Assembly (NCBI GenBank): GCA_030167865.1 | Contig: JALAGF010004075.1 | Span: 115,029 to 135,028 of the forward strand | Length of the DNA stretch: 20,000 bases | DNA from: Craspedostauros australis | Taxonomy: Eukaryota | Direction of reading: 5' to 3' | The notes under the pieces: generated by a model | What the model was told of the DNA's origin: nothing | What the model saw: the letters and a program-made list of their open reading frames with translations, nothing else | Database searches by the model: none | In this document: in pieces, positions 1 to 9,538 of the stretch | How the letters are laid out: each line of letters starts with the position of its first letter | Numbering within the stretch: the stretch's first letter is position 1 | Translations under genes and position numbers: made by a program

Positions 1-525
1 ACAAAAAACGGATGTGACACATGCAAGAATTCAAATGTGGAACAGCCGCAAGGCAGGCCAAATCGGCATCCACCGAACCGAGACGATGGCAACGCGAGGG
101 TCTGTTTTGCGCGGCGGTGGAAGCAACGAACAAGAAGGCCACGACAACAGTGGTGGCGACCATGATGATGAACATCACACCTCCTCAGTGATTGAAAAGA
201 ACAGTGACTTCGGCAGAGGCAACCAAGAGGACAACAGACCCTGCGAGAGGAGTATCGCCAGAGCACAAGTGACATCGTCATCTTCTTGCTGCCTTCCTCA
301 CTGAACACGCATCAGAAGAACTTCGCAATCGTGGGTTCGAGAAGCAACACGCAGAGTCGATAGAGCACGGGTGCAGACAAAGAACGTTGCAAGAGAGAGA
401 GAGAGACCAAGAACAGGAACGAGAGGAGAAGGAAGGAACGAAGGAAGGAGAGGAGCAAGCAAGAAGACTCCATCCATCACAACAGGCACACCCACGAGCG
501 CGCACACACACAAAAGAAAACGAAG

Positions 526-3500
526 ATGGCAACAAACACCGATTCTGGCATTGTTGCGCGCGTTCTGCAACTTCCTGGCGACGCGAATTTTGTGGGGGCA
601 ACTAAATCTGTCCATCCGCCATCATTCCATGACGCACCACCCTCCCGTCCACCTCATCGATCACGATCGAAGAAAATCTCAATGTCATCGTCTGTTGCGA
701 CTACTGTTGCCACCACCGCAATCGTGGAATCGACCTTGGAGGCACGAATCACGAACCAGGAAGTTCTGCCGAGTGGAGACGGCACATTCCATGCGCAGCA
801 GTATCCTCCTCCAAGCCATCAGCATCAGCATCAGCATCAGAATCAATACCATCGTCACAGTCAGCAACATCAAGAACAGAGACGATACCCGCAGCATCTC
901 CATCTGGATCACACGTCTCGGCAAGGAAGGGATCGAGAAAGAGAACCCTTCTCATCCAGACCACCCATAACACACAGAACGCCCACAGCATCCACAACAT
1001 CTACAGCATCTCCAGCGCCACGGTTAACGCAGCCTGCGAAGCAAACGATAGAGCCAACAGCAGCAACAGCAACAACAGCAACAACAGCAGCAACAGCCCA
1101 TCTGGAGGCAGTGATCCAACCAAGTGCAGCCAACGTACGAATAGACGCAGAACGGAATCTCGTTGATGATCGTGACAGCGCCGTAGGATCAACAGCTTCA
1201 TCAGCGAACTCGTCCCGTGTTTTCTCACCACCCACATCATCCGTCGGTGCTGGGTCCACCTCATCCACAGCTACGTACTATCGAGAGCATTACCTGCAGC
1301 AGCAGCAACAGCATCGCAACCATCTCTACAGGTCTCCCGCATTGTCGCTGCTCAAGTCAGCTGCGCGATCCATCCTTGACGACGCAACACCAAGCCCCGC
1401 AACACCATCGTCGCAGGCAGCATTCCAAACCACGGACAACCAGCAAGGGGAAGGCATCTTCAGCAACGCCAGCAACGGCGACAACGGCAACAACGAAGAG
1501 ACGGGGAGCGCCGCAACTGGAGACGACAACACAGTGAATAGCACGGCAAGGAGCTCTGGCTTCTTCACCAATTCATCCTTCGACAGTGCTGCGTACTTGT
1601 CGACGTGGAGGACGAAGACCGTCCAGCATCCAATCTCTTCATCGACGCATGCCCACGCTCGAAATCACAGTCACAACCATCTTCCTCGTCACCAGTCGCA
1701 ACAGCGAGAACCGCATTCATCAGCACCACAAGCATTTGCGCTCAGAGACGGCACGCATACTCGCAGCAAACAAACCATCTCACCGATCGTAGATAGAACC
1801 AACGATCAGTGGCACGATTCAGCAGACACCAAGCAGTCACAACAGGACCATTCACCACCCGTGAATCAATTCCAAGGACCCATCTTTGACTCGCCCTACT
1901 CGTTGGCTTCATCATCGTACGACGAACAAGACGCGGCTGCGTCATCACGCATCGTCTCGGCACACAGCCCTGCCACTCGCCTCACATTCAGTACACCGGC
2001 ACAGTCAGCTGTATCAGGCACAGCTCGCCAAGTCCAGCACTCGGGTTCAGCAACACAGACAACGAGAAACGGAGATCGACCAGTCACAGCCAACGTTACT
2101 TCTGCTGCCAACCGAAGTGCGCTCTCTCAGCTCGCATCGTTGCAGGTTGAAAAGATGCCCGCCCTACCAAACGAACAGGACAGGAAGAGGTTCCTGGGCT
2201 GCCTTGCGGCCATCCTCGCCTCCTCCTACGACTACGATGTCTACGAGGAACCGAAAGCGAAGACAAGGGATGGTACGTCCGAGCAAAACAGCTTCCATGA
2301 ACAGCAAGCCTACCTTGATATGGTTGAGCAATCGACGTGTTCGTTGGATGAGAGTGAGGAACTATCCAGCAGGAACATGCTGGCGGAGAAGCCATCGCTG
2401 CAACCAGCGACGCAGTCACAATCAATGCAACAACAACAACAGCGCGGCTCACTGCATCAATCTGCATCTGAAAGTTTCGAATATACAGACGTTGATGAGC
2501 TGCATCACGATGAGGTCTACGGCAACGGCAGCAGCAGCAACGAATTCAAGCAACACCGTCCAAGTGGAGTTCACGACAGCACGTCCATTTCCAATACGCC
2601 ATCGAAGCGAAACTCATCGTCACTGATGTGGACAAAGTCGAAGTCAAAGGAGAAGATCATTCTGGCCAAGCGTCGACATAGACGTCGGCGGTATCATGTC
2701 ATGTGCAAGCTTTTGATCCAATCGTCTGATCTCCTCCTGCTGGAAGGAACGGTCGGCAAGGCCTTCATCCCCATGCTCGCTGATGTCTTGGTGCCACCCA
2801 AACCCAAAGATAAAATCAACGCAGCGAACAAGCAGAATGGGCAATCACGCAGAGGCACCCACGAAGAAACCCGCACATCAGCATCACCGGCTTTGGAAAG
2901 ATCTGACTCCGATGGTTCGCAATCCGATTTGGGATCCTCCTTCGAAAGCCTTTCCGATTTGCACGACTTGCCATCGGAATTCGGTGAAGACGAAGTCCTC
3001 AGACCCTTTTTGGAATCACTCACACCAGGTGCGGGCATCCGGTGTCTCTCCTTGTTCTTGCTGCAGCACTTGCTCTCCAGCGAGGTCGGGTACGATGCGC
3101 GCATCCGGCACGTCGTCAAGAAGCTTGGTGTTTTGGTCCTGGCACGTGACATGCAACACGACGAACTCGAGAGTGCGATGGAACGCAGCAGCGACCTCAC
3201 CGACACTCCATCCAAGCAACGCGCCAGAGGCAAGGCTGACTACGATACGTTGCTGATACGCGCCACACGCAAGTTCGAGTCGTTGGAGAGCAGCATCGCA
3301 CACAGGATCATCTTGCTCTCAGGATCACCAAGTGCCAAAGGAGCAGCCGGGAGCAACGCCGGTGCCGCCAGCAACGCAACGAGAACAGATGGAAGCAGCA
3401 AGCCAAGGAAGAGCGGCATAACCCGCGAACAGATCGTGCGCGGTGTCAAAATCGGGTCTGCGGGGCTGATCGCTGGTGCCGTCTTCGCTCTCAGCAGCGG

Positions 3501-5571
3501 AACCGCGGCCTTCGCGATTGCTGGAGCTGCGTCAAGCATGCTGGGAGCAACCGCAACAGCCGCTGCGCTGACCACTCCCATATCGACCATCTTCGGTGTT
3601 GGGGGTGGAGGTCTCGCGGCGTACAAGATGCAGCGACGGACGCAGGGCCTGACGGAGTTCGACTTTTGCAAGGAAAAGAACGGAAGGCATTCCGGAGGAG
3701 GCAGCGCGGGAGATGGCAAAGGGGGTGCGTCGAAGCCAGGTTTGGTGAAGAAAGGGAAGCATCAGAACAGCGACCTTGAGAATGACAAGCAAGATATCGA
3801 AGCTGACCTCTTCAGCGTCATCTGCATCTCTGGTTGGCTGACAGATAGCTACGACTATCAGAGACCTTGGGGTGTGCAGCCGACGAGACCGCGCCTTACC
3901 AGCCGATTGGAGCTGCTTGAACGGTTCTATGCCGTGCACAGCCCCGAGCACGTCCCGAAATGTGCCAAGATCTTGGCATGCTGGAAGGGAGAGGAGGATA
4001 GATTGTGGGATGTGCTGCGCCAGAAATACGGCACGGATCCGGACCATCTGTATCCGATTCTGAACAAGCCGCACGAACAGTGGAGCCTCACGTTGGAGCA
4101 AGAAGAAGTGGTCGATGGATTGTTCGTGGAGCTCGGCTACAACAGCGTGGCTCCCAAGAAGGAGCCGGATGTCGAGAAGGAGGCCAACCCGTTGGAACGG
4201 ATGCGCAAAGGATGGAAGAATCGCACGAAGGGCCGCTTCCGCCGACGTGGTGCCAAGAATCGTGCTGCCGGCAATGACGACGAGCCTGGCGACGACGACG
4301 ATGATGATGGTGGTGACGATGCTGCGGCCGGTGATGGCAACGGAAACAGAGCGAGCACCGGAAGTTTCAGTGCCAGTGGTAGCATGCGAAGCCTGCGCGG
4401 AGCGGAGCTGTCGACGATGAGGGGGGAGGACGTGTCGGAGTTTGGTCGACCGGCAGCAGCGTCACTTCGAGAAACGACATCGAATGACTCCACGGGATGG
4501 GAGGACGTGTCATCGGCCGATCTTGACGATGAGCATCTTGCCGAGCATAAGAAGCAGCAGCAGAAGCTGCCGAAGCACCTGCCGACCGTGTGGGACTTCA
4601 AGTCCAAGTACGGTGGAGAGCTCTACACTGTGCGTTGGGAGAGCAGGCTGCTGAAGACGATTCACGATTGCGTGATGGATATGGCCATTGACATGATGAG
4701 CAGCGCAACAAAGCACCTCCTAAAGCAGACGGCCATGAACGGTCTGCTCGCGGCCATCGCCATGCCCGCCTACCTCGTCCACGTCGCGAACATGATCGAT
4801 GGAGATTGGACGCTGGCAGTCGAGCGCGCGGACGGCGCTGGAAAGGAGCTTGCCAGAACGCTCCTGTTCAGCAAGGCCGGACGCCGCCCGGTGACGCTGA
4901 TCGGGTTTTCGTTCGGCGGACGCATCATCTACAACTGCTTGAAGGAGCTGGCGCGATTCCAGGAAGACTGGGAGGAGCATCAGGAACTCCTGCAGGGAAG
5001 AGCCGAGGGCAAACTGAGCACCGCGGACGAAAAGAGATGCAGCACGATGGACAAGAAATTCCACGGGATGCGAGAACCCGCGAGCATCGTGGAGGACGCC
5101 ATCCTGATGGGGCTCCCCAACCACCTGAGCTTGGCGTCGTGGCGAGCATGCCGACAGGTAGTGTCAGGAAGGCTTGTGAATTGTTACTCGACGACGGACA
5201 TGATCCTTTCCGTAATGTTCCGATCCAAGCGGTTCCGAGTCGGTGGCCTCGACAGCAACGCCGAGGTGCTGCGGCCGGTGTGCGGCACATGCGCCGTCAA
5301 AGTCCCAGGCGTGGAGAACTTCGATGTCTCGGATTTGGTGCCCGGCCACGAAAGCTACTGCACCATGACGGGCAAGGTCTTGGAACGAATCCGCCTGGGC
5401 CATCCTTTGCGATCGTCGTCTTCCGCGGCACCGCCTGCTCCAACCGCCTCATCCGCGACGAATGCAACAGCATCGACAAGGCCGGACGGATCGCAGCCCG
5501 GCATCGCAGTTGCAGCACCGCAGGTTCAGCGCACCGCAAGCATCTCACGTAAGCTCGAGTACTCGTCATAG
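526..5571 (+). CDS. DUF726 (TMCO4/yeast Mil1-like) membrane-associated alpha/beta-hydrolase-fold protein with a long disordered N-terminus, 1681 aa
   Basis: Uninterrupted ATG..TAG ORF. It carries DUF726 family motifs in the expected order: GYDARIR; a Gly/Ala-rich hydrophobic segment (GVKIGSAGLIAGAVFALSSGTAA...IFGVGGGGLAAYKMQRRTQGLTEFDF); VICISGWL; GELYTVRWES; IDGDWTLAVERADGAGKELA; RPVTLIGFSFGGRII (GxSxG); VSGRLVNCYSTTDMIL; GVENFDVSDLVPGHESY. An alternative in-frame ATG lies at 682. Confidence 0.9.
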   Translation: MATNTDSGIVARVLQLPGDANFVGATKSVHPPSFHDAPPSRPPHRSRSKKISMSSSVATTVATTAIVESTLEARITNQEVLPSGDGTFHAQQYPPPSHQHQHQHQNQYHRHSQQHQEQRRYPQHLHLDHTSRQGRDREREPFSSRPPITHRTPTASTTSTASPAPRLTQPAKQTIEPTAATATTATTAATAHLEAVIQPSAANVRIDAERNLVDDRDSAVGSTASSANSSRVFSPPTSSVGAGSTSSTATYYREHYLQQQQQHRNHLYRSPALSLLKSAARSILDDATPSPATPSSQAAFQTTDNQQGEGIFSNASNGDNGNNEETGSAATGDDNTVNSTARSSGFFTNSSFDSAAYLSTWRTKTVQHPISSSTHAHARNHSHNHLPRHQSQQREPHSSAPQAFALRDGTHTRSKQTISPIVDRTNDQWHDSADTKQSQQDHSPPVNQFQGPIFDSPYSLASSSYDEQDAAASSRIVSAHSPATRLTFSTPAQSAVSGTARQVQHSGSATQTTRNGDRPVTANVTSAANRSALSQLASLQVEKMPALPNEQDRKRFLGCLAAILASSYDYDVYEEPKAKTRDGTSEQNSFHEQQAYLDMVEQSTCSLDESEELSSRNMLAEKPSLQPATQSQSMQQQQQRGSLHQSASESFEYTDVDELHHDEVYGNGSSSNEFKQHRPSGVHDSTSISNTPSKRNSSSLMWTKSKSKEKIILAKRRHRRRRYHVMCKLLIQSSDLLLLEGTVGKAFIPMLADVLVPPKPKDKINAANKQNGQSRRGTHEETRTSASPALERSDSDGSQSDLGSSFESLSDLHDLPSEFGEDEVLRPFLESLTPGAGIRCLSLFLLQHLLSSEVGYDARIRHVVKKLGVLVLARDMQHDELESAMERSSDLTDTPSKQRARGKADYDTLLIRATRKFESLESSIAHRIILLSGSPSAKGAAGSNAGAASNATRTDGSSKPRKSGITREQIVRGVKIGSAGLIAGAVFALSSGTAAFAIAGAASSMLGATATAAALTTPISTIFGVGGGGLAAYKMQRRTQGLTEFDFCKEKNGRHSGGGSAGDGKGGASKPGLVKKGKHQNSDLENDKQDIEADLFSVICISGWLTDSYDYQRPWGVQPTRPRLTSRLELLERFYAVHSPEHVPKCAKILACWKGEEDRLWDVLRQKYGTDPDHLYPILNKPHEQWSLTLEQEEVVDGLFVELGYNSVAPKKEPDVEKEANPLERMRKGWKNRTKGRFRRRGAKNRAAGNDDEPGDDDDDDGGDDAAAGDGNGNRASTGSFSASGSMRSLRGAELSTMRGEDVSEFGRPAAASLRETTSNDSTGWEDVSSADLDDEHLAEHKKQQQKLPKHLPTVWDFKSKYGGELYTVRWESRLLKTIHDCVMDMAIDMMSSATKHLLKQTAMNGLLAAIAMPAYLVHVANMIDGDWTLAVERADGAGKELARTLLFSKAGRRPVTLIGFSFGGRIIYNCLKELARFQEDWEEHQELLQGRAEGKLSTADEKRCSTMDKKFHGMREPASIVEDAILMGLPNHLSLASWRACRQVVSGRLVNCYSTTDMILSVMFRSKRFRVGGLDSNAEVLRPVCGTCAVKVPGVENFDVSDLVPGHESYCTMTGKVLERIRLGHPLRSSSSAAPPAPTASSATNATASTRPDGSQPGIAVAAPQVQRTASISRKLEYSS
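817..840 (+). repeat. (CATCAG)4 coding microsatellite encoding an HQ repeat
   Basis: Read directly: catcagcatcagcatcagcatcag, in frame in the DUF726 gene. Confidence 0.9.
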
Positions 5572-6046
5572 AACTCTGTTACCATGCTCCATCATGCGAG
5601 TACTGGTAATACGTCCGCCGACGCAATGTGACGCTTCGTCAACGGTAATAACCCAAGTCTAAGGGACCCAAACTAGAGACAATTGGTGATTCATCCACGA
5701 GGAAACAAGACTGCAATCAGTCAGGTTTGATGTGCTTCTTGTTGGGCCAAGAGATGAACACGATGGAAACGCCAAACACATGACAATGGCGTTGGGGGGA
5801 GGAGGGCCGCCGTGATTTTTGCGCGAAGGACGAGCTTGTGGTGTCGCTACGAAGGCATGTCCGGCGTTCATTGTGAGGCGCACGAGTATGTACTTATGTC
5901 TCACGAGTAGGTACCGTATCCACGAGGACATCAGAGAGCCAAGGCGTAATAACAAGAGCGCAAGCGCCTTGCATCACCAGGCGCGCAGGCTACGAGCAGC
6001 GTACCTGCAGCCGGTAATACGTGTCAAACGAGCATCGCAAGGCAGT

Positions 6047-9000
6047 ATGTCGCAAGTGCATGTGTCAGAGGCACAAGACAAAGACCTCGTGCCGATGACA
6101 TCAACATCATCAACACAGACACCTCCTCCAGTCACAACAGCAACAGCATCAACAGCAACAGCATCAACAGCATCAACATCAACTGCCCAACAAAAGCAAC
6201 AATCTGTAGAAGCTGCCAACCGCAACAACCCCACTAATAGCAGCAGCAGCAGTTGTGATCAATCAGCAATCAAAGACGAACCATCAAAAGCGAAGCTCCC
6301 CTCCAACCCAGCTGCTCGGCAAGGATCATTGCCATCACGAGCGAGATTACAGCCACCACGATCGCCGTCTTCTTCTTCATCATCCTTGTTACAGCCAAAG
6401 CAGCTGCCAACAACGAGAGATTGGAGCCCGAGACTGCTGAGTCCGAGGAGAACGCATTCGCTGGCATTACCATTGACATCACAGTTGACATCACCCACAC
6501 TGTCCGCCAAGAGCCATACGCACAGCAGCAGCCGCACTCACGATCACAAACATGGGCATGGCCAGAGCGCAGCTCCACTCGTAGAGACGGAATCGCGACA
6601 ACCGCACGATCTGAGCACGGCTGGTTCGCTGCACGGCTTGCCACCATCTCTGCCTCATCCTCCAACCACGCCGAGCACCACGCCTCGCAAACCCATCATC
6701 AGCAAGCACGTCATTCATCCAACCAAAAGCGACGACAACGTCGACGGCAGCATGCCGATCCCCTCATTGAGACGAGCAGCTTCAAATACTGTCGGAGGTG
6801 GGATTCCGGGAACGCCAACTGCGTCATCCTCCTTCCACGCTGATGGAGGTGATGCCGCTGCATCCACACAGCAATCGGCAGCGCATGACGGGATCGATTC
6901 AGCGTCTCATCCATCGAACGTCGCATTGCACCGGATACTCGAATGCGACCTTCCGCTGCCGCAGCCCAGACCTCCCGAAAAGTGTCCGCTGCTTTGCTGT
7001 TTCTACGCAGAATTCGACATCAAGGTCGGTCCCAAAATGTGCTTCCAGAGTCCCGCAGGGTTCATGGAGCAGGACATATCGATCAACAGCCAACGAATAC
7101 ACACGATGCTATCGCAAACGTTCGATGGCTACAAACACCAAATGGTCAGCTCGAGCGATGACGATGACGAAGATGACGACATTGAGTCGACTGCGAGTGT
7201 TGGTTTGGACGGTAGCTCCGTCACCACCAACACTGACAGTTTCTTGACCAATTCCTCGAAACCAGACAGCAATGGCAATCTCCATGGTCTTGGCTTGCAA
7301 CAATCTTCGCAAGGCAAATTCAGAGACGCCAGACAACAGCAACAACAACGTACCACCAATGGAACATCGTCGTCATCGACGACCAACGGAACAAAACGCA
7401 ATGGCAATCATCACGATGCCGAAAACATCCACATCAACACCTCCACCACCACCACCAACAACAACAAAACCACCGTCAATGGCAGCAGCACCGCCACCAA
7501 CGAAACAGTGCCGCTGCACCTCCAACAACAACAGCAACAACAACCTGACGAGGTGGAGCATCAGGACCATCCAACCATCTTCGAATCAACATCACAATAC
7601 ATCATCGTCACTGGCAGTGAGCTCGCTGGTCACATCATGAGCCTTTCAACCCACGCCATGCACATACTTACTCGACCAACTATGATAAGTGATGAAAGTT
7701 ACACCCGCAATGCTCTACTCTTTTGCGTTGGCTTCGTGCTGCGACGCGCCGCGGACCCAAGACCGTACAGGCCGTTGCTCAAGCAGCTGGCGCTCACGTG
7801 GCAGAGCATGGAGGAGGAGGCAGGGTTCCTGTCCAAGCCGGAGCTGCGCAGCGGAATTCAAGCATCCCTCGATCGGATCCTCATCTCCCTCAATTCCACC
7901 AGGTGGGAATGCAACTTCGTCGCCACCCCGTCCAGCACTATCAACCTCAAGGTGTACAGACCGCCAAAATCAGAGACCGTGGCGATCTCCGACCACGCCG
8001 TGCCCATCCTCCTCGGCGAGAATCTGCACATCGAGCTGTACCACTGGGACCTCGCCATCCAGTGGGTCATCCAGCACATCGACGGCATGCGAAATGCCAT
8101 ACAAATATCCAAGATCGGCGAGGTGGACCTGCAGATCGTCCGTGCCTGCCTCGGAGTCCTCAAGTACCACGACATCATTGAGCTCGTCGACATCTTCATG
8201 TACACGAACAGGTACGAATTCACAGAACGCGCAACCTCCCTGATCGCGGGCAACGAACCGAAGCTCCTGCAGAAGGCCGCCGACTACGTCCTGAAGGATC
8301 GCAGCAACAGAACCGCCTTCCCGGTCCAGTCCGTGACTTCCAATCCGATCCGACCCATCCTACCGACTGGGATTCGAGGTGGCAATCTGTCGCCCGGCAC
8401 TTCCCCTCTGGCCAGCCCGTCGCAAGTGGCCACGTCGACGTCCTTTCCTTCTCGTAGGGTCAACTTTGGCGGTGCGGGCTTCAACAACATCGTGGGCCGC
8501 GCCACCCCTACCGCACGTCCGAGGTCGCTGGACAAGGGAAGACCCGTGGCATTGGCATCGCCGACGAAGCACGCCGCCAGCAAGTACAAGCCGGCCATCG
8601 CGGAACTGTACGCAGCATGCACGCGCGACGCGTCCTTCGGTGACATGTGGATCCAATTGACGAAGGAAGTTGCGACGGCCGATTCGAAGGAGCACCGCCC
8701 GAACAGCAGCAACCGATCGCTGATGCAGCGCGCGTCGACGAACCTTCCGTACCCTCTGTCACCAGGTACATTCAGCGACTCAGGCGATCACGGTGGCAAC
8801 TTGTATTACCCGCAGGACACCAGCGAGAGGATGGCCGGATCAGCATCACCCTCCAAGACCAGCACTCATTTGGATCAACTGAATGCCATGCAACCCAAGG
8901 AACCGTCGAAATGGAACTGGGACGAAGTGTTTGAAAACATCGATCACAAGCGCTTCACGTCCTTCGGTCTCATCCACGGCCTGATCCGCCGCGTGCACAA

Positions 9001-9313
9001 CTTCCCCGTCGCCATGCGCGATTCGCCTGCGTCGCCGCTCTCGGCAGCGTTTCTACACCAATCGAGCAGCGTCGAAGACTTTCCCACTACCACGAGCCTC
9101 ACGAGGCGATTGTCCATGGATACGAGCAAGGAGATGCGAAGGAGCAGGGCGAAGGAGCTGGCGGGACGCGTGGCCTCCAAGATGGATGGCAGCAGATGCG
9201 ACGACGAGTTGGTGTCGGACTTTGAAAGTCCGCTCGAAGATCTCATCAAGCTGGTGGAATCGCATGGCTGGACTGTGGCGTCGATGTACGTCGCCACGGA
9301 CTCTCCCAAATGA
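6047..9313 (+). CDS. NPRL2: Nitrogen permease regulator 2-like protein (GATOR1/SEACIT subunit, Rag/Gtr1 GAP)
   Basis: Segments match human NPRL2 in order: CFYAEFDIKVGPKMCFQSP (cf. IFFSEFHPTLGPKITYQVP), FESTSQYII, SYTRNALLFCVGFV (cf. KYSRNALLFNLGFV), STINLKV, WDLAIQWVIQHIDGMRNAIQISKIGEVDLQIVRACLGVLKY, plus a C-terminal FGLIHGLIRRVH...MDGSRCDDEL block. The start is uncertain: the ORF-track TTG is at 5819 and in-frame ATGs are at 5888, 6047 and 6095. Confidence 0.9.
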   Translation: MSQVHVSEAQDKDLVPMTSTSSTQTPPPVTTATASTATASTASTSTAQQKQQSVEAANRNNPTNSSSSSCDQSAIKDEPSKAKLPSNPAARQGSLPSRARLQPPRSPSSSSSSLLQPKQLPTTRDWSPRLLSPRRTHSLALPLTSQLTSPTLSAKSHTHSSSRTHDHKHGHGQSAAPLVETESRQPHDLSTAGSLHGLPPSLPHPPTTPSTTPRKPIISKHVIHPTKSDDNVDGSMPIPSLRRAASNTVGGGIPGTPTASSSFHADGGDAAASTQQSAAHDGIDSASHPSNVALHRILECDLPLPQPRPPEKCPLLCCFYAEFDIKVGPKMCFQSPAGFMEQDISINSQRIHTMLSQTFDGYKHQMVSSSDDDDEDDDIESTASVGLDGSSVTTNTDSFLTNSSKPDSNGNLHGLGLQQSSQGKFRDARQQQQQRTTNGTSSSSTTNGTKRNGNHHDAENIHINTSTTTTNNNKTTVNGSSTATNETVPLHLQQQQQQQPDEVEHQDHPTIFESTSQYIIVTGSELAGHIMSLSTHAMHILTRPTMISDESYTRNALLFCVGFVLRRAADPRPYRPLLKQLALTWQSMEEEAGFLSKPELRSGIQASLDRILISLNSTRWECNFVATPSSTINLKVYRPPKSETVAISDHAVPILLGENLHIELYHWDLAIQWVIQHIDGMRNAIQISKIGEVDLQIVRACLGVLKYHDIIELVDIFMYTNRYEFTERATSLIAGNEPKLLQKAADYVLKDRSNRTAFPVQSVTSNPIRPILPTGIRGGNLSPGTSPLASPSQVATSTSFPSRRVNFGGAGFNNIVGRATPTARPRSLDKGRPVALASPTKHAASKYKPAIAELYAACTRDASFGDMWIQLTKEVATADSKEHRPNSSNRSLMQRASTNLPYPLSPGTFSDSGDHGGNLYYPQDTSERMAGSASPSKTSTHLDQLNAMQPKEPSKWNWDEVFENIDHKRFTSFGLIHGLIRRVHNFPVAMRDSPASPLSAAFLHQSSSVEDFPTTTSLTRRLSMDTSKEMRRSRAKELAGRVASKMDGSRCDDELVSDFESPLEDLIKLVESHGWTVASMYVATDSPK

Positions 9314-9538
9314 CGAGGATGGTATACTAGTAGTGCCGAGTAGAATAGAGGATGGAGCCGAGCATCATGGTCGAATGGCAGTCGTGTAGTCCAGCAGCGT
9401 GTGGAGGTTACTGTGGTGACCACAATCCACTCTTGACATGGTGAAGTAGACTGCATGTAGAGATAGGCATAGCACAATCCTCGCGAACGAGACAACGTGT
9501 CTGCGCGTTCTGGTCGTCTTGAGACAGATCCTTCAACA

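Noticed and set aside
14..304. Plus-strand 96-aa ORF (ATGs at 35 and 86) as a standalone gene
   Set aside because: It is short and low-complexity with no homology cue. It could be a uORF but is unsupported.
4806..5552. 248-aa alternate-frame ORF, representing many similar nested ORFs in the large genes
   Set aside because: Its R/G/A-rich composition is typical of off-frame reading of GC-rich coding DNA.
526..9313. DUF726 and NPRL2 adjacency as a functional endolysosomal gene cluster
   Set aside because: Tandem neighbours in a compact eukaryotic genome are not evidence of shared function without synteny or co-expression data.
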